This document shows, piece by piece, positions 34,005 to 43,749 of a stretch of DNA of 64,000 bases; the first letter of the stretch is position 1; each line of letters opens with the position of its first letter. Where the stretch lies: positions 573,598 through 637,597 of the forward strand of contig JADKGE010000001.1 of assembly GCA_016717115.1 (NCBI GenBank). Direction: 5' to 3'. Both the position numbers and the translations under genes were made by a program. The stretch is from Actinomycetota bacterium. Its GTDB lineage: Bacteria; Actinomycetota; Actinomycetes; S36-B12. Below the pieces are notes generated by a model that saw only the letters and a program-made list of their open reading frames with translations, searched no databases and was not told the DNA's origin.

Positions 34005-35079
34005 ATGTCCATGATCGCGGCGGTTCACGGGGTTCTCGGGCTGCACGCGTATCCCCAGGACGTGATCACGGCGGCGTTCGCGACGGTGGTGTCGCCGGAC
34101 GGGAAGCATCGAGCCGTCATCGACCGGATCCACGAGGCGACGGGCGTGCGCAGCCGCAGCCTGGCCCTGCCCCTGGAGCAGTACGCGGACCTCGACGGCT
34201 TCGGGGCGGCGAACGACGCCTTCATCCGCGTCGGCCTCGATCTCGGTGAGCAGGCGATGCGAGGAGCCCTCGAGCGGGCTGGCCTCGACCCGGCCGACGT
34301 CGACCTCGTGCTCGCCACGTCGGTCACCGGGATCGCGGCGCCGTCGCTGGAGTCCAGGCTCGTCCCGCGGCTGGGTCTGCGCCCGGACGTCAAGCGACTG
34401 CCCGTCTTCGGGCTCGGGTGCGTGGCCGGGGCCGCGGGCATCGCTCGGCTGCACGACTACCTCGCCGGCGACCCCGACGGCGTGGCGGTCCTGCTATCCG
34501 TGGAGCTGTGCTCCCTCACGGTGCAGCGCGACGACGTCTCCATGTCCAACATCGTCGCGAGCGGGCTCTTCGGCGACGGGGCCGCCGCAGTGGTGATGGT
34601 CGGAGACGCGAGAGCGCGGCGGATGGGGATCTCCGGCCCTGCGGTCGTCGCGACGCAGGGCCGCATCTATCCCGACACCGAGCGGGTCATGGGCTGGGAC
34701 ATCGGTGGCAGCGGATTCCGCATCGTGCTGTCGACGGGCGTGGCCGACGTGATCGAGCAGTACGTGGGCGACGACGTGAGCGACTTCCTGTCTGAGCACG
34801 ACCTGAAGACCACCGATATCGCGAACTGGGTCTGCCATTCGGGCGGGCCGAAGGTCCCTGGAGGCGCTGGAGCGCACGCTCGACCTGCACGACGGCCAGC
34901 TCGCGGTCACGTGGCGATCCCTGGCCGCGATCGGCAACCTGAGCTCGTCGTCGGTGCTGCATGTGCTGGCCGACACGATGTACGGCGAGCCAGCAGCCGA
35001 ACCGGAGCCGGGAACGCCGGCACTGATGATGGCGATGGGGCCGGGATTCTGCGCTGAGCTGGTCCTCCTTCGATGGTGA
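34005..35079 (+). pseudogene. type III polyketide synthase (SrsA/alkylresorcinol synthase-like), one frameshift
   Basis: The active-site Cys lies in FGLGCVAGAAG and the His in WVCHSGGPKV. An extra base near 34857 (CCC run) shifts the frame. The true C-terminus LEALERTLDL...IGNLSSSSVLHVL...MGPGFCAELVLLRW* (carrying the Asn of the triad) is in the +1 frame and ends at 35079. Confidence 0.85.
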
Positions 35080-35083
35080 GTCG

Positions 35084-35614
35084 ATGACGTTCCAGCAGGC
35101 GTTCACGCTGCTCATCGTGCTCGTCGCCGTCGAGCGACTCGTCGAACTGGTCGTCTCGCAGCGCAACCTTCGTTGGAGCCGGTCGCACGGCGGCATCGAG
35201 TTCGGCCGGGGCCACTACCCCTACATGGTCGTGCTGCATCTCGGGCTCCTGGTCGGTGCCCTGGTCGAGGTGTGGGTGTGGCCGCATGCGATCTCGCCGG
35301 CGGTCTCGTGGATCATGCTCGCGCTCGTGCTCGCCGCTCAGGCCCTGCGCTGGTGGTGCATCACGACGCTCGGGCCACGGTGGAACACGCGGATCGTGAT
35401 CGTCCCTGACCTGCCCCGGGTCACCGGCGGCCCGTACCGGTGGCTGAGCCACCCCAACTACCTCGCCGTCGTCGTCGAAGGCTTCGCGCTGCCGATGGTG
35501 GGGTTCGCCTGGGTCACGGCCATCGCCTTCACGGTGCTGAACCTGCCCCTGCTCTTCGTGCGCATCAGGGCCGAGGACGCCGCGCTCGCGACCCTGCCGG
35601 CAGCCGCGCCGTGA
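35084..35614 (+). CDS. isoprenylcysteine carboxyl methyltransferase (ICMT)-family membrane methyltransferase (SrsB-like)
   Basis: 176 aa with multiple TM helices. The family motif reads GPYRWLSHPNYLAVVVE. Confidence 0.8.
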   Translation: MTFQQAFTLLIVLVAVERLVELVVSQRNLRWSRSHGGIEFGRGHYPYMVVLHLGLLVGALVEVWVWPHAISPAVSWIMLALVLAAQALRWWCITTLGPRWNTRIVIVPDLPRVTGGPYRWLSHPNYLAVVVEGFALPMVGFAWVTAIAFTVLNLPLLFVRIRAEDAALATLPAAAP

Positions 35615-36630
35615 TCGACGTCGTCGTCGCCGGCGGTGGACCGGTCGGGCTCGCCACCGCCATTCGCGCCGCCGATGCCGGGCTGGAGGTCGTCCTGGTC
35701 GAGCCTCGGAGCGGGCCGATCGACAAGGCCTGCGGCGAGGGTGTCATGCCGGATGCGCTGGCCCGGCTGCGCTCGATGGGGGTCGATCCGCCGGGCATCG
35801 ACTTCCACGGCATCCGGTACGTGTCGGGAGACCGGGACGCGGTTGCGCGGTTCAGTCGGGGCCCGGGGCGTGGCGTGCGACGGACCACCCTTCACGAGGT
35901 GCTGCTTCAGCGCGCGGTCGATGCGGGGGTACGGGTCGAGGAGGGACGAGTCGAGGGCATCGAGCAGGGTCCCGACTGGATCGAGGCGGCCGGCATTCGC
36001 GCCCGATACCTCGTGGGTGCTGACGGCCTGCACTCCGGCGTGCGGCGCACACTAGGCCTGCAGGACCTGGTTCGAGGTGTGCCTCGCTACGGCATCCGTC
36101 AGCACTTCTACGTGGAGCCGTGGGACGACGTGGTCGAGGTGCACTGGCTGCCGACCACCGAGGTCTACGTGACCCCGGTCTCCGACCGCGTCGTCGGCGT
36201 GGCCGTTCTGGGGGCCGCACCGCTGAGCCTGCACGACTCCATCGCCGCCCTGCCCGCCCTGGCCGAGCGGCTCGGGGCCGCGAAACCGGCGAGTGAGCCG
36301 AGGGGAGCCGGTCCGCTGCGTCAGCGAGTCAGGGCGCGCACGGCGGGTCGAGCCGTGCTCGTGGGGGATGCGGCGGGCTACGTCGACGCGCTCACGGGGG
36401 AGGGCCTGCGCGTGGGTTTCGCGGAGGCCGATGCTGCCGTCGACGCCATCCTTCGGGACGACCTGCCGGGATACGAGGGCGAGTGGCGCCGCATCACTCG
36501 CTCCTATCGGAGGCTGACGGGCAGCCTGCTGTGGGTCTCGTCCCGATCATCCCTGCGCCCGCTGATCGTGCCGACGGCGCGGGCCGTGCCCAGCATCTTC
36601 GGCCGCATCGTCGACTCGCTGGCGCGGTAG
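35611..36630 (+). CDS. FAD-dependent oxidoreductase/hydroxylase (SrsC-like)
   Basis: GTG at 35611 overlaps the upstream stop (GTGA). The N-terminus reads IDVVVAGGGPVGLATAI and a GDAAGYVDALTGEG motif is present. Confidence 0.8.
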   Translation: MIDVVVAGGGPVGLATAIRAADAGLEVVLVEPRSGPIDKACGEGVMPDALARLRSMGVDPPGIDFHGIRYVSGDRDAVARFSRGPGRGVRRTTLHEVLLQRAVDAGVRVEEGRVEGIEQGPDWIEAAGIRARYLVGADGLHSGVRRTLGLQDLVRGVPRYGIRQHFYVEPWDDVVEVHWLPTTEVYVTPVSDRVVGVAVLGAAPLSLHDSIAALPALAERLGAAKPASEPRGAGPLRQRVRARTAGRAVLVGDAAGYVDALTGEGLRVGFAEADAAVDAILRDDLPGYEGEWRRITRSYRRLTGSLLWVSSRSSLRPLIVPTARAVPSIFGRIVDSLAR

Positions 36631-36671
36631 CCGCGGATCAGCGTCGTAGCCGTCGATCGGGGCGGGGGCCG

Positions 36672-38345
36672 CTACTCGAGTTGGTCGCGCAGCTCGCGGC
36701 GCATCAGCTTGCCAATCACGGTCCTCGGCAGCTCGTCGACGACCACGACACGCTTGGGCACCTTGTAGGCCGCGAGGTGGGCCCGCGCCGCCTCGCGGAT
36801 CGCCTCGGGGTCGAGGGTGGCCCCCGGCTCGGCGACGACGGCCGCCACGACCTCCTCGCCGCTGGGCGTGCGGGCGCCTACGACGGCCGCGTCGGCGATG
36901 CCGGGCATGTCCTTGAGGACTTCCTCGACCTGCGACGGGTAGACGTTGAATCCGCCGACCAGGATCAGCTCCTTGATGCGATCGACGATGGTGACGAATC
37001 CGTCGTCGTCCATGACGACGACGTCGCCGGTGCGCAGCCAGCCGTCGCGCAGCAGCACGGCCTCGGTGTCGGCCGGTCGGTGCCAGTACCCGTCGAACAC
37101 CTGCGGACCACGCACGAGCAGCTCGCCGGGCTCGCCGAGCGGCATGTCGACGGACGAGTCGTTGCGGTCGACCACGCGCGCCTCGGTGGAGGGGAAGGGG
37201 ATGCCCGCCGTGCCGGCCCGGCGGCTCGGCGCCAGCGGATTGCCGACGACGATCGGGGATGTCTCGGTCATGCCGTAGCCCTCGACGAGGAGTCCGCCGG
37301 TGACCGCCTCCCATTCGGCCACGGTCTCCGGCGGCAGTGGCATCGCGCCGGATAGGGAGAAGCGCAGGGAGGTGAGCGGGACGCCGCGTTCGCGGGCGCG
37401 CTTCGCCAGGCGCGGGTAGATCGGCGGAACGCCGGGCATGAAGGTCGGTGGGCGTCGGCCGACGGCATCGAGCACCTGGTCCACGTCGAACCGCGGGAAC
37501 AGCACGATGGTGGCCCCCATGTAGACGGCCGCCGTCAGGCAGAGGGTCAGTCCGTACGCGTGGAACAGCGGGATCACCGCGTAGAAGACCTCCTCCCCAT
37601 CGATGAGCGCGGGCACCCAGGCCCTCGACTGCACGACGTTGGCGAGCAGGTTGCGGTGGGTCAGCATGGCCGCTTTCGGCACGCCCGTGGTGCCGCCTGT
37701 GTACTGCAGGAGGGCGATGTCGTCGGCTCGCGGCCGGGGGTAGCTCGATGGCAGTGGCGTGGCGTCACGAAGCTCCCGGTCCCAGCGCAACGCCCCGGGA
37801 ACGGCGGAGTGCATGGCTGCGCGGGTCGTCCGGGCCTTGCGCACCGGCAGCCGCAGGGCCAGGCGCTGGCGCAGGGGCAGGGCCGTGGTCAGGTCGACGG
37901 CCACCACGATCGTGTCGGCGGGAGCGACCTCCTGCACCGTGGCCGCGATCTTGTCCCATACGACGGCGACGACGGGCTCATGATCGGCGAGCTGGAACTC
38001 GAGCTCCTCCCGTGCGTACAGGGGGTTGTGCTCGACGACGATCGCCCCAAGCCGAAGGGCGGCGTAGAACACGACCACGTGCTGGGGGCAGTTGGGCAGT
38101 GCGATGGCCACTCGGTCGCCCGCGTCGACACCCAGGCCGCGAAGCACGCCCGCGCCGAGCTCCACCTGTCGGCCGAGCTCCGCATACGTCGTCGTGGCCC
38201 CGAAGAAGTCGAGCGCGACGTGCTCGGGGAACTTGCGCACGGTGCTCTCGAGAAGCTCCACGAGCGACCCGCTGGGCACGTCGATCTCGTGCGGGACGCC
38301 CGGGGCGTAGCTGGACAGCCACGGCCGGTCGGCGGGCAGGCCCAC
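36672..38345 (-). CDS. long-chain fatty-acid--CoA ligase (FadD-like, AMP-binding)
   Basis: SD GAGGAGG lies 6 nt before GTG at 38345. The AMP-binding motifs are LQYTGGTTGVPKAAMLTH and GYGMTETSP, followed by the C-terminal motif AAYKVPK. Confidence 0.85.
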   Translation of the reverse strand: MGLPADRPWLSSYAPGVPHEIDVPSGSLVELLESTVRKFPEHVALDFFGATTTYAELGRQVELGAGVLRGLGVDAGDRVAIALPNCPQHVVVFYAALRLGAIVVEHNPLYAREELEFQLADHEPVVAVVWDKIAATVQEVAPADTIVVAVDLTTALPLRQRLALRLPVRKARTTRAAMHSAVPGALRWDRELRDATPLPSSYPRPRADDIALLQYTGGTTGVPKAAMLTHRNLLANVVQSRAWVPALIDGEEVFYAVIPLFHAYGLTLCLTAAVYMGATIVLFPRFDVDQVLDAVGRRPPTFMPGVPPIYPRLAKRARERGVPLTSLRFSLSGAMPLPPETVAEWEAVTGGLLVEGYGMTETSPIVVGNPLAPSRRAGTAGIPFPSTEARVVDRNDSSVDMPLGEPGELLVRGPQVFDGYWHRPADTEAVLLRDGWLRTGDVVVMDDDGFVTIVDRIKELILVGGFNVYPSQVEEVLKDMPGIADAAVVGARTPSGEEVVAAVVAEPGATLDPEAIREAARAHLAAYKVPKRVVVVDELPRTVIGKLMRRELRDQLE

Positions 38346-38634
38346 GGAACACCTCCTCGGGACGAGCGCGTTCGCGGAACGCATCGCCAATGCGGCGGGT
38401 AATGCCGATCATGCCGGAAATGGGACGCTTTCGGCGGGCGGCGGTCAGGGGAGTGCCGTCGCTCACGGTAGACTGCGCTCATATTCGGGTTATTGCCGCC
38501 CAAGCGGCGCGTGCTCCTCTTAAGCCAGGTTCGCGGAAACCTGCCGAAGGAGTCTCATCATTTCTGCATCACTGTCCGTTCTTGACCCCCTGCCCGTCGA
38601 GGAGCCGATCGGTGCCACGTTCTCGGCGCTCGGT

Positions 38635-39828
38635 GTGCCCGCGGAGTTGACCCGCATCCTCACTAAGCAGGGCCTGACCACCGCGTTCCCCATCCAGGAG
38701 GCAACGCTGCCCGACGCGCTGGCCGGTCGCGATGTCCTCGGCCAGGGTCGCACCGGTTCGGGGAAGACCCTCGCGTTCGCCCTGCCGATCGTCGCTCGGC
38801 TGGCCGCTCACCCGCAGCGACCCGTGCGTGGACGCCCGCGGGCGCTTGTTCTCGTCCCTACGCGGGAGCTGGCCACCCAGGTCGCCGCGGTCATCGAGCC
38901 GTTGGCCAAAGCGTTCGGCATGTCCACGGTCACCGTGTTCGGCGGCATCGGCTACGGGCACCAGCGCAAGGCGCTCACCGCAGGCGTCGAGATCGTCATC
39001 GCCTGCCCGGGCCGACTCATCGACCTCATGCAGACGCGCGACGTCAGCCTTGATCGCATCGAGGTCTGCGTGCTGGACGAGGCCGACCACATGGCCGACC
39101 AGGGCTTCCTGCCCATGGTCAAGCGCATCCTGGACGCGACGCCTTCCACGGGCCAGCGGATGCTCTTCTCCGCGACCCTCGCCGGCGGCGTCGACTCCGT
39201 CGTTTCGCGGTACATGCACGATCCCGTGTCGCATGCCGCTGGCATCGAGGCACCGGTTCTGCTCGACCATCGTGTGCTCGTGGTCAATGACGAGGATCGC
39301 CTCACCGAGATCGCCAACATGGCCCGTGCCGGCCGCGTGGTGGTCTTCACGCGGACGAAGCACCGCGCCAAGCAGCTCGCCCGCAAGCTCGAAGCGGCCG
39401 GCGTCGGCGCCGTCGACCTGCACGGCAACCTGTCGCAGGGCGCGCGTGAGCGCAACCTCGCCGCGTTCTCCGACGGGCGCGCTACGGCACTCGTGGCCAC
39501 GGACATCGCGGCCCGAGGAATCCATGTCGACGACGTCCCGCTCGTCGTGCACGCGGATCCGCCGGTCGAGCACAAGGCCTACACCCACCGCTCGGGCCGC
39601 ACGGCTCGCGCCGGGGCGGCCGGCCAGGTGGTCACCATCGCGACGCTCGACCAGGTGGCGGAGGTCCGTCAGCTGCTGCGCAAGGCGGGCGTCACGGCAA
39701 CCTGGGAGGGCATCCCGGTGAAGGCGTCGAGTTCGAGCACGTCCGCCGCGTCGGTCTCGGCTGCGAGCCGGCCGGCACGGTCCGGCGGTGGATCCCGTCA
39801 GGGTGCTCGTCGGCGCAGCGGCCGCTAG
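38635..39828 (+). CDS. DEAD-box ATP-dependent RNA helicase (5' end probably upstream of 38635)
   Basis: Helicase motifs are GRTGSGKT, the DEAD box in VLDEADHM, SAT, and HRSGRTARAG. The Q-motif Phe (TFSALGVP) lies upstream of the first canonical start. Confidence 0.85.
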   Translation: MPAELTRILTKQGLTTAFPIQEATLPDALAGRDVLGQGRTGSGKTLAFALPIVARLAAHPQRPVRGRPRALVLVPTRELATQVAAVIEPLAKAFGMSTVTVFGGIGYGHQRKALTAGVEIVIACPGRLIDLMQTRDVSLDRIEVCVLDEADHMADQGFLPMVKRILDATPSTGQRMLFSATLAGGVDSVVSRYMHDPVSHAAGIEAPVLLDHRVLVVNDEDRLTEIANMARAGRVVVFTRTKHRAKQLARKLEAAGVGAVDLHGNLSQGARERNLAAFSDGRATALVATDIAARGIHVDDVPLVVHADPPVEHKAYTHRSGRTARAGAAGQVVTIATLDQVAEVRQLLRKAGVTATWEGIPVKASSSSTSAASVSAASRPARSGGGSRQGARRRSGR

Positions 39829-40622
39829 TCGCGCGTCGTCCGCCTCAGGAGCCACCTGACGGCCGACACCACCATCGCTGGCTGATCGTTCTGGATCACG
39901 TGTCCGGACCTCTTCGCGAACCAGTGCCGCGACATGGTCGACAGCCTGGCCGCTCGGGCCTGCTCGGTGTTCCACTTCCGGTCCGCCCATGATGTGGCCG
40001 TCGCCGGGTCGCCCGCAGTGACCACGACCAGCGGCGTGGCGCCCAGGTTCGGACCGCCCTTCGTCGCCCGTTCACTGGCATCCATGTCTATGGTCGTGCC
40101 GCCCTCGTGCCACGGTCCGCGGTACGAGGCGACGAAGGTCCGCTGGATGCCGGGGTACACCGCGTCCAGCAGCAGCACTCCCGCGACCTCGGCGGGGTGC
40201 GCGGCCGCGAAGGCGCGATCGATGAGGCCCGCATAGGAGTGGCCGACCAGGATGAACGGGCCGGTCTCACCCGATCTTCGGAGAAGTGCCCGGAGCTCCT
40301 CGGCGTGCTCGCCGGCATCCGTCGTCGTGCTGCCTCGCCGGGACGGGCTCGATCCCAGTCCCGGCCGGTCCGAGATGCACACCCGACTCAGGGACCGCAG
40401 GGGGGCGATGACCTTGCCCCACATGGTGTGCGAGGCGCCGAGCCCGGAGGCGATCACGATCGTCGGGCTGCCCGTGCCCGCGCAGGAGATCCACTGCCGC
40501 TGGCCGCCCGCGTCGAACACGCCCTGGACATCGCCGGTGGCCGCGCTCGCGCAGGGGAGCACGGCGAGACCGACGACCAGGGCCAGCGCCGACAGCATCG
40601 CGGCGCGGAATGGTCGGGTCAT
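39825..40622 (-). CDS. secreted alpha/beta-hydrolase
   Basis: Start taken at MTRPFRAAMLSALALVVGLAVLPCASA, a signal peptide. The nucleophile elbow reads LVGHSYAG. ATGA overlaps the upstream gene's stop. Confidence 0.75.
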   Translation of the reverse strand: MTRPFRAAMLSALALVVGLAVLPCASAATGDVQGVFDAGGQRQWISCAGTGSPTIVIASGLGASHTMWGKVIAPLRSLSRVCISDRPGLGSSPSRRGSTTTDAGEHAEELRALLRRSGETGPFILVGHSYAGLIDRAFAAAHPAEVAGVLLLDAVYPGIQRTFVASYRGPWHEGGTTIDMDASERATKGGPNLGATPLVVVTAGDPATATSWADRKWNTEQARAARLSTMSRHWFAKRSGHVIQNDQPAMVVSAVRWLLRRTTRD

Positions 40623-41698
40623 CGGCTTTCGCGCCGGCGGTACATGTCGTCGTCGGCCGCGTCGATGAGGGCGGCGATCTCCTGCTCGTCCGGCCGCGCT
40701 GCCGCCGTTCCGATGCTCACCTTCCCCGGCCACCAGGCCAGGTTCAGCCCGCTGTGCGCGATGTGGTCATGGACCCGGGCGCCGAACTGAACCGCGTCAG
40801 GTGCCGCGCCGAAGCCGATGACGATGAGCTCGTCGCCACCCCATCGCGCGACGAGGTCGTTCTCCCGGACCGAGGCAGCCACGGCCGCCGACGCGGTGGT
40901 GATCACGCGGTCGCCGAAGGCGTGGCCGTGGCGGTCATTGGCCGCCTTCAGCCCGTCGATGTCGATGTAGACGACGAACACCTGCTGATCCAGGCGGCGG
41001 GCCATGGACGTGAGACCCGGCAGGTGCACCTTCATGCCGTACCGGTTCAGCATCCCCGTCAGGTTGTCGGTCGTGGCGAGTCGCTGCGCGAAGGCCGTGG
41101 CAGCCGCGAGCTCGGTGACGGAGCGCAGCCTGGCTCGGAGCAGGACGGCGCTGATGAGCAGCGCGGTGACGGAGGCGAGCACCCAGTCGAGCCATGCGTC
41201 TCCCGCCCACGTGCTCGAGACGACGGCCGACGCGACCGCCATCACGACGGCGGCCGCGATGAAGGGCCGCCATTCGAGGGTCGGGGCGCCGAAGGCGCAC
41301 ATGACGATCAGGACGTAGGCCATCGCCAGGGGCGAGGGCGTGTGCCAGATCTCGAAGAGGAAGGCCAGGACCAGCAGCGTGGTCAAGGCGGCGAAGGCCT
41401 TCGGGATCGACTCCGGCGGAACGGACGGCCGGCGCAGGACCGAGCCGGAGATCGCCATCAGCAGGCCCACCGAGATGTCCGCCGCATGTGCGGCGAAGCC
41501 CCCCGTGCGGTCGATCAGGAACGACACCAGGCTGAACACCACCACCAGGAGGCCGCTCCAACTGAGCACGCGGGGCGCGTCGTGCCGCGCGATGTCGAGA
41601 CGCAACTGGTCGACCAGGCGGGGGTCGGGCGGGCCCGTGACATCGGCCGGCAGACCGGCGAGGTCGTCGTCGGTCGAGGTGCTTCGCGGCTCGAGCAT
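40619..41698 (-). CDS. membrane-anchored diguanylate cyclase (GGDEF domain; GGDEL variant)
   Basis: SD GGAGGA lies 6 nt before ATG at 41698. About 5-6 N-terminal TM helices are present. The I-site and active-site region reads RENDLVARWGGDELIV. Confidence 0.8.
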   Translation of the reverse strand: MLEPRSTSTDDDLAGLPADVTGPPDPRLVDQLRLDIARHDAPRVLSWSGLLVVVFSLVSFLIDRTGGFAAHAADISVGLLMAISGSVLRRPSVPPESIPKAFAALTTLLVLAFLFEIWHTPSPLAMAYVLIVMCAFGAPTLEWRPFIAAAVVMAVASAVVSSTWAGDAWLDWVLASVTALLISAVLLRARLRSVTELAAATAFAQRLATTDNLTGMLNRYGMKVHLPGLTSMARRLDQQVFVVYIDIDGLKAANDRHGHAFGDRVITTASAAVAASVRENDLVARWGGDELIVIGFGAAPDAVQFGARVHDHIAHSGLNLAWWPGKVSIGTAAARPDEQEIAALIDAADDDMYRRRESR

Positions 41699-41720
41699 GC
41701 GGCGTCCTCCAAGCACGATC

Positions 41721-43646
41721 CTACCGTCGCCAGCGACCCCGATTGGCTTCCGACGACCGCTTCCGCGCCTTCTGCGGCGCGGTCAGGTGGGGGTCCTGAT
41801 AGCCCCCGCGGGGTGCCTTCTCGACCACCAGCACCTCAGGGTCGACCTCCGGCTCGGGCTCATCGTCGACGGCGATCCGCTCGGCGCTGTCAGGCACGTC
41901 CCCGTCGTCCGGCTCGTCGACGACCTGAGCGTGCGGCTTGCCCTTAACCTTCGCCGCCGACTTGGCCGCCCTCACCCCGGCGGAGATGCTGTGCCACATG
42001 TGGTCCTCGCCGAGGAGCTCGATGAAGCCCGCCTTGGCGAGGGTCTGCCGGGCTCGGTAGAAGACCCGGACGAGGTACAGGTCCACGTCGCGCTCGCGGA
42101 GCCGGGTGAGCAGCAGCTCGAGCATGTCGATGCTCGTCGTGTCGAGCTGGCTGGTGGCCTCGAGGTCGAGCAGCAGCACGCGCACGCCGTCCTCTGAGTC
42201 GACCTGGGCGAGGACCTGATCGCTGATGAGTGCGGCATTGGCCCAGAAGAGGGGGGCGTCGAGTCGGATCACCTGGATGCCGTCGATCGTCTTGCGCTCG
42301 GGGTGGCTGGTGATGCTGCCCCATGCCGCCTTCTCGTCGGGCACCTTTCCCATGACGTCCATCTCGGCGCGGCTCGAGCGATAGACGAGTCCGAGAACCG
42401 CGAGCCCGACGGCCACGAGCAGTCCGTAGAGGGGACCGAGGAGGAGCACTCCCACCATGGCGGCCAACGAGGCAACGAAGTCGTTGCGGCGGATCGACTT
42501 GTACCGGCGAAGGGCGCGGACGTCCATGAGGCCCCAGACGGCCTGGATGACGATGGCCGACAGGACCGCCCGAGGCAGCGGCGCGAGCAGCTCGGCCAGG
42601 GAGACCAGCACGATGAGCACGATGACCGCAGCGGTGACTCCGGTGAGCTGGGTGACGCCGCCTGCACGCCGCGATGCTGCCGTCTTCGACAGTGACCCGG
42701 CCACGCCCATGCCACCCGAGAACCCGGAGGCGATGTTGGCCGCGCCGGTTGCCAGCAGTTCCTGGTTCGTGTCGACGCTGTAGCCCTCCCGTGCGGCGAA
42801 GATACGCGCCGCGCTCAGTCCCTCCGCGAGGCCGACCATGGCCAGCGCGAGCCCACCGAACGCCAGTGCGGACAGGTCGCCCAGCGCGACGTCGGGCAGG
42901 CCGAGGGGCGGCAGTCCCCTCGGCACGACGCCGACCGTCACGACCCCGTCCGCCGCGAGGTCGAGCCAGGACGACACGGCGATGGCCGCCACAAGAACGA
43001 CGAGGCCCCAGGGGACGCGGGGGGCAAGCTTGGCTCCGATGAAGAGGATGGCGAGGGAGCCCAGGCCAAGGGCAGCGGTGATGGGGGTGATCTCACCGAG
43101 CGAGGTGACGATCGACCAGACGCGGCTGCGGACGTCGCCGGTGACCGGGGGCAGACCGAGCAGGCTCGGTATCTCGCCCAGGATGATGAGAAGAACGAGG
43201 CCGAAGACGAAGCCCGTGACGATCGGCCGCGACAGGAACTCGGCCGCCCACCCCAGCTTCGCGACTCCGCCGATCAGCAGGCCGATGCCGGCGCCGAGGG
43301 CCAGTGCCGACGTCAGCCCCACCGCCTTGGCAGGGTCGCCGTGGGACATGTCCGCGACGAGCGAGCCCGAGAGCACGGCAACCGTCGACACGGGTCCCAC
43401 GACCAGGTGCGGCGACGAGCCGAGGATGGCGTAGGCGATGAGGGCCAGCGGTATCGAGTAGAGGCCAACGAGGACGGGCACTCCGGCGATGCCCGCGTAG
43501 CCGAGCGACTGCGGGATGGCGAGGGCCGCGACGATGAGGCCGGCGAGGATGTCGCTGAAGATGTAGGAGCGGCGGTAGTCGGGCAGCCACGACAGCATCG
43601 GGAGTCGGCGGGCAAGGTCCGACGCCGAGTCAACTCCAGTAGACAT
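41721..43646 (-). CDS. SulP-family anion transporter with a C-terminal STAS domain
   Basis: Start taken at ATG 43646 (MSTGVDSASDLARRLPMLSWLPDYRR). The sequence AGLIVAALAIPQSLGYAGIAG is present, and the STAS region reads VRVLLLDLEATSQLDTTSIDMLELL. Confidence 0.85.
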   Translation of the reverse strand: MSTGVDSASDLARRLPMLSWLPDYRRSYIFSDILAGLIVAALAIPQSLGYAGIAGVPVLVGLYSIPLALIAYAILGSSPHLVVGPVSTVAVLSGSLVADMSHGDPAKAVGLTSALALGAGIGLLIGGVAKLGWAAEFLSRPIVTGFVFGLVLLIILGEIPSLLGLPPVTGDVRSRVWSIVTSLGEITPITAALGLGSLAILFIGAKLAPRVPWGLVVLVAAIAVSSWLDLAADGVVTVGVVPRGLPPLGLPDVALGDLSALAFGGLALAMVGLAEGLSAARIFAAREGYSVDTNQELLATGAANIASGFSGGMGVAGSLSKTAASRRAGGVTQLTGVTAAVIVLIVLVSLAELLAPLPRAVLSAIVIQAVWGLMDVRALRRYKSIRRNDFVASLAAMVGVLLLGPLYGLLVAVGLAVLGLVYRSSRAEMDVMGKVPDEKAAWGSITSHPERKTIDGIQVIRLDAPLFWANAALISDQVLAQVDSEDGVRVLLLDLEATSQLDTTSIDMLELLLTRLRERDVDLYLVRVFYRARQTLAKAGFIELLGEDHMWHSISAGVRAAKSAAKVKGKPHAQVVDEPDDGDVPDSAERIAVDDEPEPEVDPEVLVVEKAPRGGYQDPHLTAPQKARKRSSEANRGRWRR

Positions 43647-43749
43647 CCCCACCCCCTTCCGCTCCTGCGGGGAACGGTAGTGGTCGGCGGCGCCGCATGC
43701 GCCCGCAACGTCGTTCTCGACGCGAAATGACCTGCTGGAGGGTCGCGGC

